A stretch of 63,802 bases of DNA, filler included, from Perkinsus chesapeaki ATCC PRA-425 (Eukaryota; Protista; Perkinsozoa), in the NCBI GenBank assembly GCA_013115145.1. It is 7 parts of 7 records of this genome, joined end to end, with 100 filler letters (N's around TTAATTAATTAA, not from the genome) between each part and the next. Parts side by side here need not be neighbours in the genome. Positions count along the whole stretch, not along the records: positions 10,657 to 32,879 come from JAAPAO010000583.1; positions 32,980 to 49,020 come from JAAPAO010000712.1; 5 more parts are not named here. One strand, given 5' to 3'. A program made the translations under genes and the position numbers. Of the stretch, positions 24,507 through 36,531 are shown one piece after another (the first letter of the stretch is position 1; the number at the start of each line of letters is the position of its first letter). Below the pieces are notes generated by a model. That model did no database searches and was not told the origin of the DNA. It saw only the letters and a list, made by a program, of their open reading frames with translations.

Positions 24507-24884
24507 GTTGAATCGTATGCTTCCGAAGTCTGAATGGGTATGCAGGCGCTCAAGCGGTGGGCCGATGACAGCTCGTTAATTGCAGTAATTCGACATTAAC
24601 AGATCACGCCATGTCCCCGTATATTATAGACACCACAAGTCTTGCGTTCGGAGAGATCAGCGAATTACGGGATCAATTCTGTGCGGGCTACGTTAGAGGA
24701 GCTGCAGAAGCCTCGGGATCTCAAGTCTTTGTGTCTTTGTTGAATATTTGGCGTGCGCGCCCGAGGAATCTTTCGCGTATCTTCCGTTTCATCGCGTATC
24801 TTTCTGGTGACGCATCATTCTAACATTTGCATATTCAGTCTTCATTATTTGTTGTTTCCAGTCTGTCTATTCTGTCAAGCCCAC

Positions 24885-25402
24885 ATGTTTCCGACTGCTG
24901 TTGCCTTCGTAACGATCCTTCCACTGCTATGCATCAGCCTTCGCTCTACGCAAGACTGTTCGTATGGTGTATCCTTTTGCCGACAGGTGAACCGTCGATC
25001 ATACAGCGCATCCCGATCTTATATTTTCAGATGTACGAGACATACAAGGATCCCTTAGACATCGCCGGTGCCGAAGCTCTAGCGTCCAAGGGAACTTACT
25101 GCAAGCCCTGGCAATACGTCGGTAACGAGCTCGGAAGTGTCTGCTATGGACTGGCTTGGACTGATGGGCTAGAATCTTCTATTTGCTACCACAGTAACCC
25201 CGACGATTTCGGTTCGCTTCCGAGTGTGTGACTGATGCTAGGCGGAACTACACAAGCTTGCCGTGGACTCCCTGTCAGCTGTACGTGCACTCCGCCGACG
25301 ACTGAAGAAGCCACCCCAGTGCCTACAACAGCAACTAGTACCACTCCCACTGCTCCTGTTACTACTGTCCCCCCGAGCACGACAATACCATTGAGGATAT
25401 AA
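24885..25402 (+). CDS. Small secreted Cys-rich protein with Thr/Pro mucin-like tail
   Basis: Signal MFPTAVAFVTILPLLCISL; two inferred GT-AG introns; FCRQ/MYETY...TYCKPWQ...VCYGLAW...ICYHS/GTTQACRGLPVSCTCT then PPTTEEATPVPTTATSTTPTAPVTTVPPSTT; TAA at 25400-25402. Confidence 0.78.
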
Positions 25403-26373
25403 TGAATCATTATTGATGATACTGCTCTTTTAGAACGTATATCTCGTGTGAACACTTTCACGGTCATTCAAGTATATATCTCGTCATAAAACTCTCCTAT
25501 TGGAGATTTCGTCAGCGAGTAGTTCGCTGGATACGCATCATAGGAGGTCCTTGCGTTTTGAGTTCCGGGTGTACTTGGCCACCTGACATGTGGGCCACAA
25601 TGTGGCCGCCACATGGTTTGGGTTTTTGTGTTCAACACCATCGGTAAGGCGTAGCCGTTTTCGGTGCAAGTGATGAGCTCTCGGCTCGCCTTCTCATAAC
25701 CAGTTCTGAGAAGTACTGTCGTATCCAACTACTTTCGACATTATGCTCGTACCAAAGTGGTGTAGCCGTCACTGAACTAACTTGATTACATTTGCCACTG
25801 GCAAATTGCCAGATGCCCGGCTCATCAGAATGTCAACGAACCACACCGCGTAAGGATAACCACTGATAAGGACAAACTCAAAAGCAACCCCCATTCTTGG
25901 AAAGGTAAGCGATAAGCCATAATGATGTGTTTATGCCAGTGCTTTGCTCTCTTACAGAGTTAACGAACTCTGAAGGCTACTACGCTGCTCCGCCTCAGGA
26001 CGGGAGCCATGAGAATATCCAGCGAAACCCCGACACCAACTTGGGGTGCACAACACCCAAGCTACCAGTCAAATATGTGGTTGACTCTCGAAGAATAAAA
26101 GACCTAGCTGAGAAATAAAAAATAACTCTGACGATCTCTTGCTTTTTAAGTTATTCAGGTCTTCGGCCGCCGAGGAAAGTCAAAGTGACATGATATGTGT
26201 CCTTCGCTATCCATCTGTTGTTCGATCCCGACATCGCATTGGTGTGCTTCGGGAGCGTCGCCTTGTTTCCACCGGAAGTGTCAATGCCAATATAAACGAA
26301 ACGGGCCATCTGAATGTGTCATTAATTTCACCTTTCAGGGTGATGTCAAAAGCCCTCGCCTTCACTTTGTAAT

Positions 26374-27163
26374 TTACAAATTGTAAACAACGATATCAAC
26401 ATATCTGTCAAACTCCACAAAGCGGCTCTCCTTGCAGTCAACTATTGTAACTAATCTCTCTATTCCTGCAATATCCTCCTCGCTCAGCTGGTAGTCCCAG
26501 CGGTTAGAGTCGACCAGACCGGGCACGATAGACACCACTTTTCCTGCCGACTTCATGCCATCCTCGTTCAGTCGGCTTCCACCGTTTAAGATAAGTAATG
26601 ACAATACTGATGTGATGAGATTAATCTCTTCGACAGGTTTATACTCTTCAAACAATCCTTCCAAAATTTTAGGAACAACGATGCTCTCTCGTGATTATGC
26701 ATGCCTTTACCGAGAGTCGGTTCGACTCAGTCGGATGGTTTTCTCTCTCCATTACACGTTTTAGACATGCCGCCATAGTGTTCGGGTTCCAAGGGTAGGG
26801 CCAACCGCTCATAACCTCATCATTGCCCTTGAGAAATAATGCCATAACTTCAACTTGAACTCCAGGCTGCATAAACGGTCTCGCAATTTTCCTCAGGCTT
26901 CCCTCACTAATATGATTTTTGCCTATAATCACCTGGTGATTATCACCACATGAATGGATTGGCGAGGAGAGCGTCGGACCACATCCCGGACGAAACTCTC
27001 GGAAGCTTCCATCACCAGCAAAGTCATCGCTAGTCAGGTAAATGACGCTTGTTACACTCGGCGTCAGACAAGGTTCAAAGTACTTCACCATAACAGGTGC
27101 TTGGCGGTATTTTCGGCGACTAACTTCCAGGTTCTCGAAGATGCTACAGTAGTCAACAAACAC
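26374..27163 (-). CDS. Two adjacent same-strand ORFs of unknown function (possibly one broken gene)
   Basis: 164-aa and 96-aa ORFs 4 bp apart with protein-like composition; no motif recognised. Confidence 0.3.
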
Positions 27164-28519
27164 GTCTTGCCACTTCCTAATGGGCCTATTGGATAGGCCC
27201 TATTGGAGCTGAAACCAGGACTTTCTGTGAGCCCGACTGTCTAGTGGGAGTTCTGTGCTTCCAATCGCCGACTCGAGTGCAGGCATCGGTCTCCTCGAGC
27301 TGTGGTGCTCGCTTGCCATTCGCCTGAGAACGAGTGTGTATGAGTGTGGCGTAACAAAGGCTAATCGTTGAGTAGTGAATAAGGACAAGTCAAAGCCAAG
27401 TGAACTACCATCCATCTCCCAGAGTAGGCCCCTCTACTGGGAGCTCTCAAGTTGTCCGAATATGTGTACTGGGGCATCTGCGAAAGTGTGGCCAATGAAC
27501 AACAGCTTGTGGCATATGCGTCACCGTCACCTTATCATTTCACCTACTTAGTCTATTACGTTACGAGCCACACTGTAGACGGCATTTCAGCGACTTGCTA
27601 AATTAATTCACCGGTTATTGCCATATGTCAATTTTCGTAGCTGTTAAATTACCGCGGTGTTTCGCTCTGTGCAATCAATGTGCTTTTCCTAGCCTCATTG
27701 GACACCAATAGGTTCCGAATCCGCCGTATTCACATGTGTTTCCCGGAGTTCGTTTCATTCGCTTTCATAATACAGCTCTATTATATGTATAGTATGATCC
27801 TATTTCTCATCTTCATGGGGGTCTTCTACCTTTCATTATTTCCGTCACTGGGAGGTTGTCTGTTCGCGTTGAACCCGAGCTACGTTTATCAACCTCAACT
27901 TGTAAACTCAACACGACTTTCATGGATTGGAACAGCATATCAGAAACTACTACTATCATTATCTCGATTAAAAAGTTATCAACCCATCTGATGGGTTGAT
28001 GGGTCCCATCAATTGAAACCGCTGCGGTACCTAATAAAAGAGTCTTCAGAAACCACTGGGTCGAAACAAGGATATCGGTACACATGTTAACCAGCCGTAT
28101 CAAATTTCATCGGCTTCTTATGGAAGTCCTGCTTGCAAGATGACCGCCTGTCAGGCGGCGCCTGACAATAATTAAGTGGAGATGATACTTGTACTGCTGC
28201 AGTTATCACCGTAGTCCATCTGGATCCCAGAATCTATGGCGCGAACTGCGGGTAGAGCAGTTACGAGTCTCGTATAGTTGAGTTTTACCAAAATACTCTG
28301 CTTTGTATTAAATTTTATAAAATCATTTCTCTACACCCTTACAGAAAAGTATTTCACATCAGCATGCAAATAACCAGAATAGTGAACAAGGACAGAGAGA
28401 ACAACTATACGATGAGAAAACGGAAACGAACACCCACAAGAAATCGAAATCCACTAACGTATCGAATGTGGCATGTCTATGGAGCCTAGGACAGTCAGAA
28501 ATCGATAATGTCGATATAA

Positions 28520-29442
28520 TTATTGGGCATCATCGCCCATATCACCATCAGCACTCAAGTTGGGAAAGTTATTTATGCGACCCGAACTCTCGAGTAGTTG
28601 AGTCATATCGCCGGCCAAGTATCTATCAGTTATCAGACACCATTGCAGCTCCTTGGGAGATCTGCGGCTTGACGGAATGCTTGTAGAACGGAGTCTAACA
28701 CGAACAGCTTCATGATGAACTTTCAGTTTGTGCAAGAAAAACCTTATGTTGGGCCTCCTTCGGCCAATCAACCTCTTTGAAATAGAATGTAGGCACTTTG
28801 CTGCATGGTTAGTTCTGTGCCGCCGCAGCCCAGAAGATAGGTGGCCAAGTAGATGTTGGTTGCATGAAATGCCTATCGAGATATTCGACAAGACTCTTGT
28901 CACATGAGCAGGAGCCCGTTGATCTAGAGGTTGGCCAAGCTTCAGGTCATTCCAAACTCGGGTGACCTCCGGAGAGTGCAAACACGGCAGACCAAAAATT
29001 GCATGTAGCCATCGATTCAGGGGACTGTGTACTTCGCCTTCAGAAACACGTTCACGATACGCCGCGGCTAGACCTTCAGCGCGAAGCTTATTAAACCAGG
29101 CTTTGCTGGCATGGAAGAGGCATTCACGAAGATTTTGAGGTTGCACCAGGAATACGCTGGTAATGGCGTTGCGCAAAGCATTCTCAAAGTCTGTCATAAC
29201 CGCGCCCACATCACAACTGCCACTCACCTGTTCTACAACACGTCTAAGTTCAAGCAGAGCCAAGCGGTATGTTCTTTCTTGTCTAACAGGCAGTAAGCTA
29301 TACTGTAGGCCAACTGAATGAACTGAGGATAGCGCCTGGTACAGTGAGCGTCTGCGAGAAACCTGGAGGTGTCACAAAAATGGTACAGTCGCATATAGAT
29401 AATATTGGCTATATACTTCCAGGTTAAGATAGCAGGGCGCAT
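28520..29442 (-). pseudogene. Mutator-like (MULE) transposase relic
   Basis: VMTDFENALRNAI...ECLFHASKAW...RTNHAAKCLH (MULE DFE, CxFH and degenerate TNN..E motifs). Upstream frame FCDTSRF...PQFIQL...AYCLLDKK is a degenerate DGT region. Frame breaks present. Confidence 0.82.
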
Positions 29443-31031
29443 GGCAAGAGCCTCTTGCTATCTAGCGAATTCCAAACATTCCTAACTCTTGGGTAAAGTA
29501 GGTTCAAACTCCTCCTGCACGGGCGGGTTGGGATGGGAAAGCGGTTATCAACTCAAACGGTTATGAAACGAGCCAAATCCTTTCCTTCCAGGCTTTGATT
29601 GAACAACTCAAACCAAGTTAGCCACGTAGAAACGGCGCACGCCCGAAACACGAAGCCTTTTCACACTCCATTCCTGAAAGGGAACTCCTCAGTCCGCAGT
29701 AATGTGACACGGAGCCCGTCAATGATCGCACCTACAAAGCGTCACCAATTTAATACTTCTGAGTCAGAAGCAACGTCAGAATCTGGCGTCTAGCCTTCTG
29801 TCTCTTCCTGTACGCCTCGGTGCGGCTCACGTCGATTTTACCAGAGTTGAAACTCGGGAGAGAGTATACTCCAAGAGCCGATTGGTGATCAATGCCATGG
29901 AGAGCCCGGAAGAGCCATCTCGGCCACCAGCTAAGTTGAGGCTGAAGAAGACCCATCTCGAAAAGATGAGTAATTGAGTACTGAACTTTCCCACGCCACA
30001 TCAGATGTGGGAGATGTGGCACATCTGGGTCTGATATATCCGGATCTGAATTTCAGATTGATTCAATTTTGAAGCTGCCTCAGGGGATCCACTGCAGATC
30101 ATCTGCAATTGATACACGAGTGCCAGGCACTCAGTGCCTCAAGTTCGAGCACAACCAGCAACGGCATCTTCACCATCCTGGAATCTCATGACCGCTATGT
30201 AGATGAGCAGCGCACTAGTGAGGTCATTGAGTTCAACCGAAATGAACGATAGCAAAGATTCCATGAAGTTACCTATGTTCTCGGCCTCCTTACTTTTTCT
30301 TTCTCCCCCGTACGCGCGATAATTATCCTCAGCCATGCCGTAGCGCCCTGGTCAGACCAAGTTGGTCTGACCAACCACTTCGGACCGACACTTCGGACCG
30401 AGGCTCGATTGGATCGAGTAATCGAAAATCTATCGATTTTTCGATGATGATCAATCGAGGATGCTGTGGCGGGCGGACGAATCGATTCGATTCGAGAAAT
30501 CGGTTCGCCTCGAAATTCAAAAACTGACGAAATGTTCATTTTCGTCAGTATTGAGGCTTATTTATAGGATCTACAGCATCCTTGTAGTACTCCAGGAGAT
30601 CCTCCTGAACAGAGCACTTCCACGCGCGCGTAGCGCGCGAAAAAAATAAGGGTCCAGGGTCTGGACTCCAAACAAGACCGCTCAGCTTATGGTCACCGCC
30701 GGTGACTCAGCGTCACCGGGGCTGTTACGGGTGACGGTCACCGGTGACCGTTAACTTAACGGGGTTAAGTCTAGTGCTGCAATAGGTGGTAGCGCTTTCT
30801 TATCACAATACTGATCCGCTCTATTGATATTACTGAATTGCGTTTGGTACGACCATGGCTCTGATACACTTATGTGCCTGAACTCTGACAATATACCCTT
30901 GTACGATATCCGAGAAATCGAGGACAATGACCTGCTTGCGAATTGCAAAGAAACAACTTTCATAGGGTTTCAATTGATTTACAATATATCTTCGTAGTTC
31001 TGCGAGCCTCGCAGAAGTACGAAGCTATATT

Positions 31032-31496
31032 GTGAATCAAAAGCAAACTTTGCTCTATGCCTGTGTAAAAGTTTTCAGTAAAACTAGTGAGCCTGTGATA
31101 TTACAAAGCTTGCTAGACACTGGAGCTTCTATAAGTTTTGTTGATACTAAGTTAGCCCATGATCATGCGGCTAAAGGTGTTGGTATGGTAGAAAAGCTTG
31201 CTAAACCATTTGCTTGCAAGCTAGCTGAGAGCGGCGTGCGTTATGTTGACTCCGTGTGGAAGTGCGATATTGAACAGAGTATCCGCAATGGTACCTCTTG
31301 ATGGACGGCCGTGCAGTTCTACCTGATGCTCAATACTCAACATCCTGGGGCTATAATTGGTAGAGATTTATTTGAGACTTTCGGCTGCTGTGTAGGTAAG
31401 GTGAGATCGTGCTCTGGTTCTACCATTTGTTTAATGGAGGCCGACCCTTACTTGGCTTCCTTAAGTCCTGAGGAGAGTCTACTACAGGAATGTTAA
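31032..31496 (+). pseudogene. Retrotransposon aspartic protease (retropepsin) relic
   Basis: SLLDTGASISFV...AIIGRDLF with an in-frame TGA at 31299-31301. Confidence 0.8.
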
Positions 31497-32276
31497 CGAT
31501 TGGTACACATAAAACACGTACACTTAATGTTCAATCTCCATAAATCACGTTCATACTCAACTCGATTGCTTGAAACACGTACACAGTCAGCTCGTTCGCT
31601 CCTATTCAGATCTTCGGCAGTTCGACCACCAAAAGTACGTTCACTGTTATCTCGTATCCATAAACTCGGTACACTTGCATTCAGTACACTAAAAGTTCGT
31701 ACACTTTCATTCCGTTCACCCCCATTCCATACACCAAAATCTCAATCCACACTTTTTCAAAGCGTTAAAATAACTCCTCGAACTCGCACACCCGATGGCT
31801 CGTACACTTATGTGAATTTTTTTCAGTTCAGTAGGAAGTTCACTAGTTTGTTAATCCAGAGGTTGAGCGTTCAATTCTCAGAGGCGACATAACTGGCAAA
31901 CTTTGTCTGTCCGGCGGAGCGATTAGCACTTTTGGGGGGATCAGTATTGAGTCAATGCGACATTGAATTGTGTACTCGGATTGCTCTAGTGGTGCAAGGG
32001 CCATCTGACATGGGTAAGGTTCTCAGTTCGAATATGACCCGGAGTATTTTGACTTCATGGGAGTGTGAGGAGCTGAAAACCTTGGGTGAGTAAGCTGGGA
32101 TTTGCTTACGGTGCTTTAAGAAGCGAAAAATTTTAAAAGGCAGTTGCTGCGGCCGCAGCAACTGCAGCGAACGAGCTGACTGTGTACGTGTTTCAAGCGA
32201 ACGAGTTGAGTATGAGCGTGATTTATGGAGATTGAACATTAAGTGTACGTGTTTTATGTGTACCAATCGTTAACAT
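31490..32276. mobile_element. 787-bp element bounded by 111-bp inverted repeats (MITE-like or inverted LTR pair)
   Basis: 31490-31600 is the reverse complement of 32166-32276 with 3 mismatches. The ends read (A)TGTTAAC...GTTAACA(T). No target-site duplication seen. Confidence 0.88.
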
Positions 32277-32426
32277 CCCGATTGTCGTACGCATGTACAC
32301 CGTGACGTAAGATTGACGCATGCACTCGACGAGCGCCTCTCCCCCATCAGAGCGTATGATAGCACAAGCTTCGTCGTGCTTCACATAAAACGTCGGAATA
32401 TACTTGGTTGGTAGTTATTTGCAAAC

Positions 32427-32819
32427 ATGAACGTCATGTTTATTTTTGTCACGGTCATCGGGCAGACCGTTTCAGATCCCATATATCTCACTGATAAATA
32501 TATTCGCTGTTTCTCGTACAGCAGCGCGATAGTTTACAGTATCGAGTTCTATGGTAATGGTTCGATGGAATTGGTTAGAAGAATAGGAGCGAGTCCTCTG
32601 AGATATCAATGTGTGTATGAAGCGCAAAAAGTCGGAGATTATACCCAAGTGACCGTTGGTGGTGCCGACTGCAACGCCTTGGTAAGGTCGTTCCCTACCA
32701 CTCTGGACTACACTTTCCTGATTATGAGAGTGACGGAGACCAGTGCAGGGCGTCGTCTTATTGTGATGCAAAAGAAAGACGAGATGATCTACAGACAGGC
32801 CCGCGAACCAGAATGCTAG
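32427..32819 (+). CDS. Hypothetical protein, possibly secreted
   Basis: 130-aa ATG ORF with a hydrophobic N-terminus and 4 Cys; no motif recognised. Confidence 0.4.
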   Translation: MNVMFIFVTVIGQTVSDPIYLTDKYIRCFSYSSAIVYSIEFYGNGSMELVRRIGASPLRYQCVYEAQKVGDYTQVTVGGADCNALVRSFPTTLDYTFLIMRVTETSAGRRLIVMQKKDEMIYRQAREPEC

Positions 32820-34029
32820 TCTATCATAATGATGGTATCATTAATAGAGGCGAAGCGTGTCAACACCCCTCTTGTCTCGNNNNNNNNNNNNNNNNNNNNN
32901 NNNNNNNNNNNNNNNNNNNNNNNTTAATTAATTAANNNNNNNNNNNNNNNNNNNNNNNNNNNNNNNNNNNNNNNNNNNNATCTCCCTCTCCCGATACAAA
33001 TATAAAAATTTTTTAATTAAATCCCCCCCGCCGTTAAAAATTAAACCCATCCCACCAAAAATGCTTCCCCCCCCCCCCCCCCCATAAAGTGTCCACTTCC
33101 CATCCAGACTCACATTGAGCTCCTCCAGCTTGATCCAGGACTCCCTCAAACACCCATTTGAGACTTTCGCTCTCTCTCGAATGCCTGACCAAAGCTGCCA
33201 AACCTAATCACACAGCTGCCACCTACGAGAGATCTCTTCAATAAGCGTGTCACAGAGCTCCACTGTCCTTTCAGCTACATCAGAAGGATTGTATCTGTGA
33301 CACCATTGATAACTGTCGTATGCCACCAAAATGCCCACATAGCATCAGCGGCACCCCAGAGCCTCTCGACTATGCAGCAGCTGCAAGGGTGCGACCTTTG
33401 AATTTCAAATTTGGAGAAAGCTGGTAGCCCGGTGCGATTGACCCCTGAGTTTCAGGGCCCAATGACAGAAAACTAAGCGATCTGCAGCAGCAGCAGCAGT
33501 AGCAGCAGAGAGCGGACCTTAAACCAGACATGTACAAATACCAGCGAGGTTGATGAGACAGGAAATCTACTCAACGCCGTCGGCGTACTAATCATCAGCA
33601 GGGGTCGTCGCCCCTTCCCACTCGAGAATCCTTATTGGCTAGTTCTTGTAATATAAGAGCGAGTTTCCAGAGCAGAGTTGGATTGTTTCCGAAAGTTTTT
33701 AGGACACATTACACCCTGGTGAGGAACAAGCGTGTCCAAGGTAGGAGCGATTCGGGCGAGAAGGATTTATGGGAAGCTCATCTGCGGAGGGCTAAGAGAT
33801 ATTCCAACACTGTTGCTCCGCTGGGCGATATTAGAATCTATAAAAATTATCATATTCACGAAGCTTAACGACGACAATACCCTCAATTCTTAATCAAATT
33901 ATGAAAAGTTCGGTATGAGCGAACGATTGTACGTATTTCCGTAGTCGTAAAACGAGACGGATCGGTCACAATAATATAGGGCGAGCGAGCTTCCCCCGAG
34001 AGACGGCAGCTTGACCCTCTTACACCTCC

Positions 34030-35650
34030 GCCGCTTCCCCATCCTCCTTGCTGCTGTCTCCATCTCCACTCTCTTTATCTGCCATTAACAGCCCAATCGG
34101 GAAGGACGCCGCGCTGTCACACCAAAGGTCCCCGGCACGAATCCCCCCTACCGGATTCCTCCTGCTCTCGATCATCCTTCTTATCTTTGCACACAGAGCC
34201 TGATGATCCTAGTGGACCAGAACCCTCCAAGGCGGCCTAAGGAAGACAGTATAGTATCATTTGTTGACACCCCCTCCGCTGCGCCCTGAAATCCCCTCGT
34301 GTCGAAGCTACACCCTGTGTATGCCGAAAAATCCACCTCAAGTTCGACGAGTTTCCTCGGCAGTTTGACTTCTTCGCTGACATGCGAAGTCCCACAACAG
34401 CAGGAATAGGTAATAGATGGAATGGATGACATACACTCCTCGTCTGGTGTCAGGCTACTCAGCATCAGCAGCATTACTCTCACCGCAGGACCAACACATA
34501 GGCTTACCCTCCCGAATCCTGCCCGCTTCAAAATTAAGTCATACGCCCATTAATATCACCTGTCGTATAGTAGCCTTCGATAAAGCAGTAGCCAGCTTGT
34601 CAGCAATGGCTTCGACTTCCTCTGGTGGCACCCCTTCCAGCTCCTCCCCTTGAAACCTGAAACTCTAATAAAAACAATGCCCCAAAAAATCATATAGCAA
34701 ACATGAACGGCACGGTCTGTTCTGGAAATTAGCTTTCTAATGACATATCTTCATCCCCATTATGCACTATAAAGGATTGCAAACGCGGCTCCCTTGGAGG
34801 GCACACTTGAACGGCTGGAAAAAACTGGATCGCACGCGTGTCACTGGACTCGGAAATTTGCGTTCATTTCTCAACTTTGTCTCATTCCATGTCCAAGCCA
34901 CGGCGGGGATTCCCCGAAACTACTTTTTCAAATCCTGCTGTATGCGCCCAAGCTCGCTCCTCTCATGCAGCGTCCTCTGTCGGCATCTCAGCAATCGGCA
35001 CTCAAGAGCCTCAAACCTGAAGCCACAGCGGTGACGGAATATCTCTTGGTCTTCCTCGACCGAGCTCTGCCTTAAGATGCTGGAAAAAATTCCAAACTTT
35101 TACAGAATTTCCGCGAAATTTCCTTAGAAATTATTTTTTTCATGTGCCCACCGCTGTACCCTTTTACCGTCCGACTTCCTTAAGCACAGTGGCGTGAGTC
35201 TCTTCACATTTATGACCATGCGATTGGAGTGCCGCTCGAAGGTCGCTGATGATAGAAACCAACGGACTTCATAAGCCATTTAGATACAAAACTCACCCGA
35301 ACAGCTGCGCCGCGCTCTCCAATCTCTGCCCGACTTCCTCCTCAGTTTTCGAGTCAATCAACCCCAAAACTCTAAATGAACTTCGCATAGTAACTCCTAA
35401 GCCATATCCAAGTTACTTGGTATCATTCGGCAGCTCGCTCCAGTCTTTAGGGTGCCTCCTATCAGCCAGAACGATTGCCTTTGAAGTGGCGGGATCAGTG
35501 GCGCTGTTCTGACTGTTGAGGCGGACCCCATTGTGGCCTAGACTGCCCGAATCTGAGGTTGAAGCATGCATTTCCAAAATGAGTACAGGGGAATAGGATA
35601 TGCTTCACATCTTCATCTACTCTGTACAATACCACCAAGGTATTGCCGCC
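34030..35650 (-). CDS. Hypothetical multi-exon gene with acidic C-terminus
   Basis: Exon-like blocks with GT/AG borders (KDWSELPNDTK, GLIDSKTEEEVGQRLES, ELEGVPPEEVEAIADKLATAL, DKESGDGDSSKEDGEAAEV*). They may belong to more than one gene. Confidence 0.35.
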
Positions 35651-36531
35651 CATTAGACAAGAGCACCATAACACCAAACGGCTTCGGTAGCACTTATTCA
35701 ATAAACGTGTTTCGGTTTTAATGAAGACAACTTCAAATAAGATGCACGCCAATCATTTTCCCTAGTTGCATTTTTCCCAGTAGACCGGTGACAGCTAGCA
35801 AATGATAATACCATCATGAAGGTTCGAATTGAATACCTTGCAGACTTGGTAGTGAGGTAGGACTCTACTTGGAACACCGTGTGCCTTACGTTTTCATTAA
35901 CTCATATGACTTATATTTGCTTAATACAACTTAGACTCACTATGCTTTATACAACGTCACTTCTATCAAATTTTATACTTTAATAATTTCATAAGTGAAT
36001 AGTATCAATTAACTTAATTAGTATTTAGTATCGATTAAATTAACTCACGTCAATTATTAAATCATTAAAATCCTGTCTGTTCGTCCGCGAACTAGCTACT
36101 CAAGCCGATGGAAAGGTGAGCTCGTATCGCGGATAGCGAACAGCTCAGACAAAATGAAACAGGTAATACACAAGAGACATTATCAATCATGCCACGAGCT
36201 GGACATTTCCGTCATTCGAACGAGTCCCTAAAACTTATTATATTTTATAATATAGTAAGTAATAACATAGTTACTCATCATTAAATATATAACAGAGTCT
36301 CTAAGCCCGTAGACTGTCTACGGTAGACATGCCCACACTACAACCAACCTACTTTGTTGTCCTCCTCCTCCTCTGGTATACACTGTACTTGAACTGGAGC
36401 TGTTACCAGCCGATGGTACCTGTAAAACCATATAGGAGATATTTTCCAGTCATCATGCGAGGTTGTATGTGCTCATTCGAAAACTGTAAAACAAATACGG
36501 ATGATCTTGTACTTTATTATATAAGACTAAG

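Noticed and set aside
31500-32266. Two ORFs with identical N-termini (MVHIKHVHLMF...)
   Set aside because: A by-product of the 111-bp inverted repeat; low-complexity and no coding signal.
32928-33149. Poly-Gly ORF and poly-C tract
   Set aside because: Low-quality contig end next to a gap.
33481-33510. (CAG)n and, at ~42795, (ACAACC)n microsatellites
   Set aside because: Short ordinary simple repeats.
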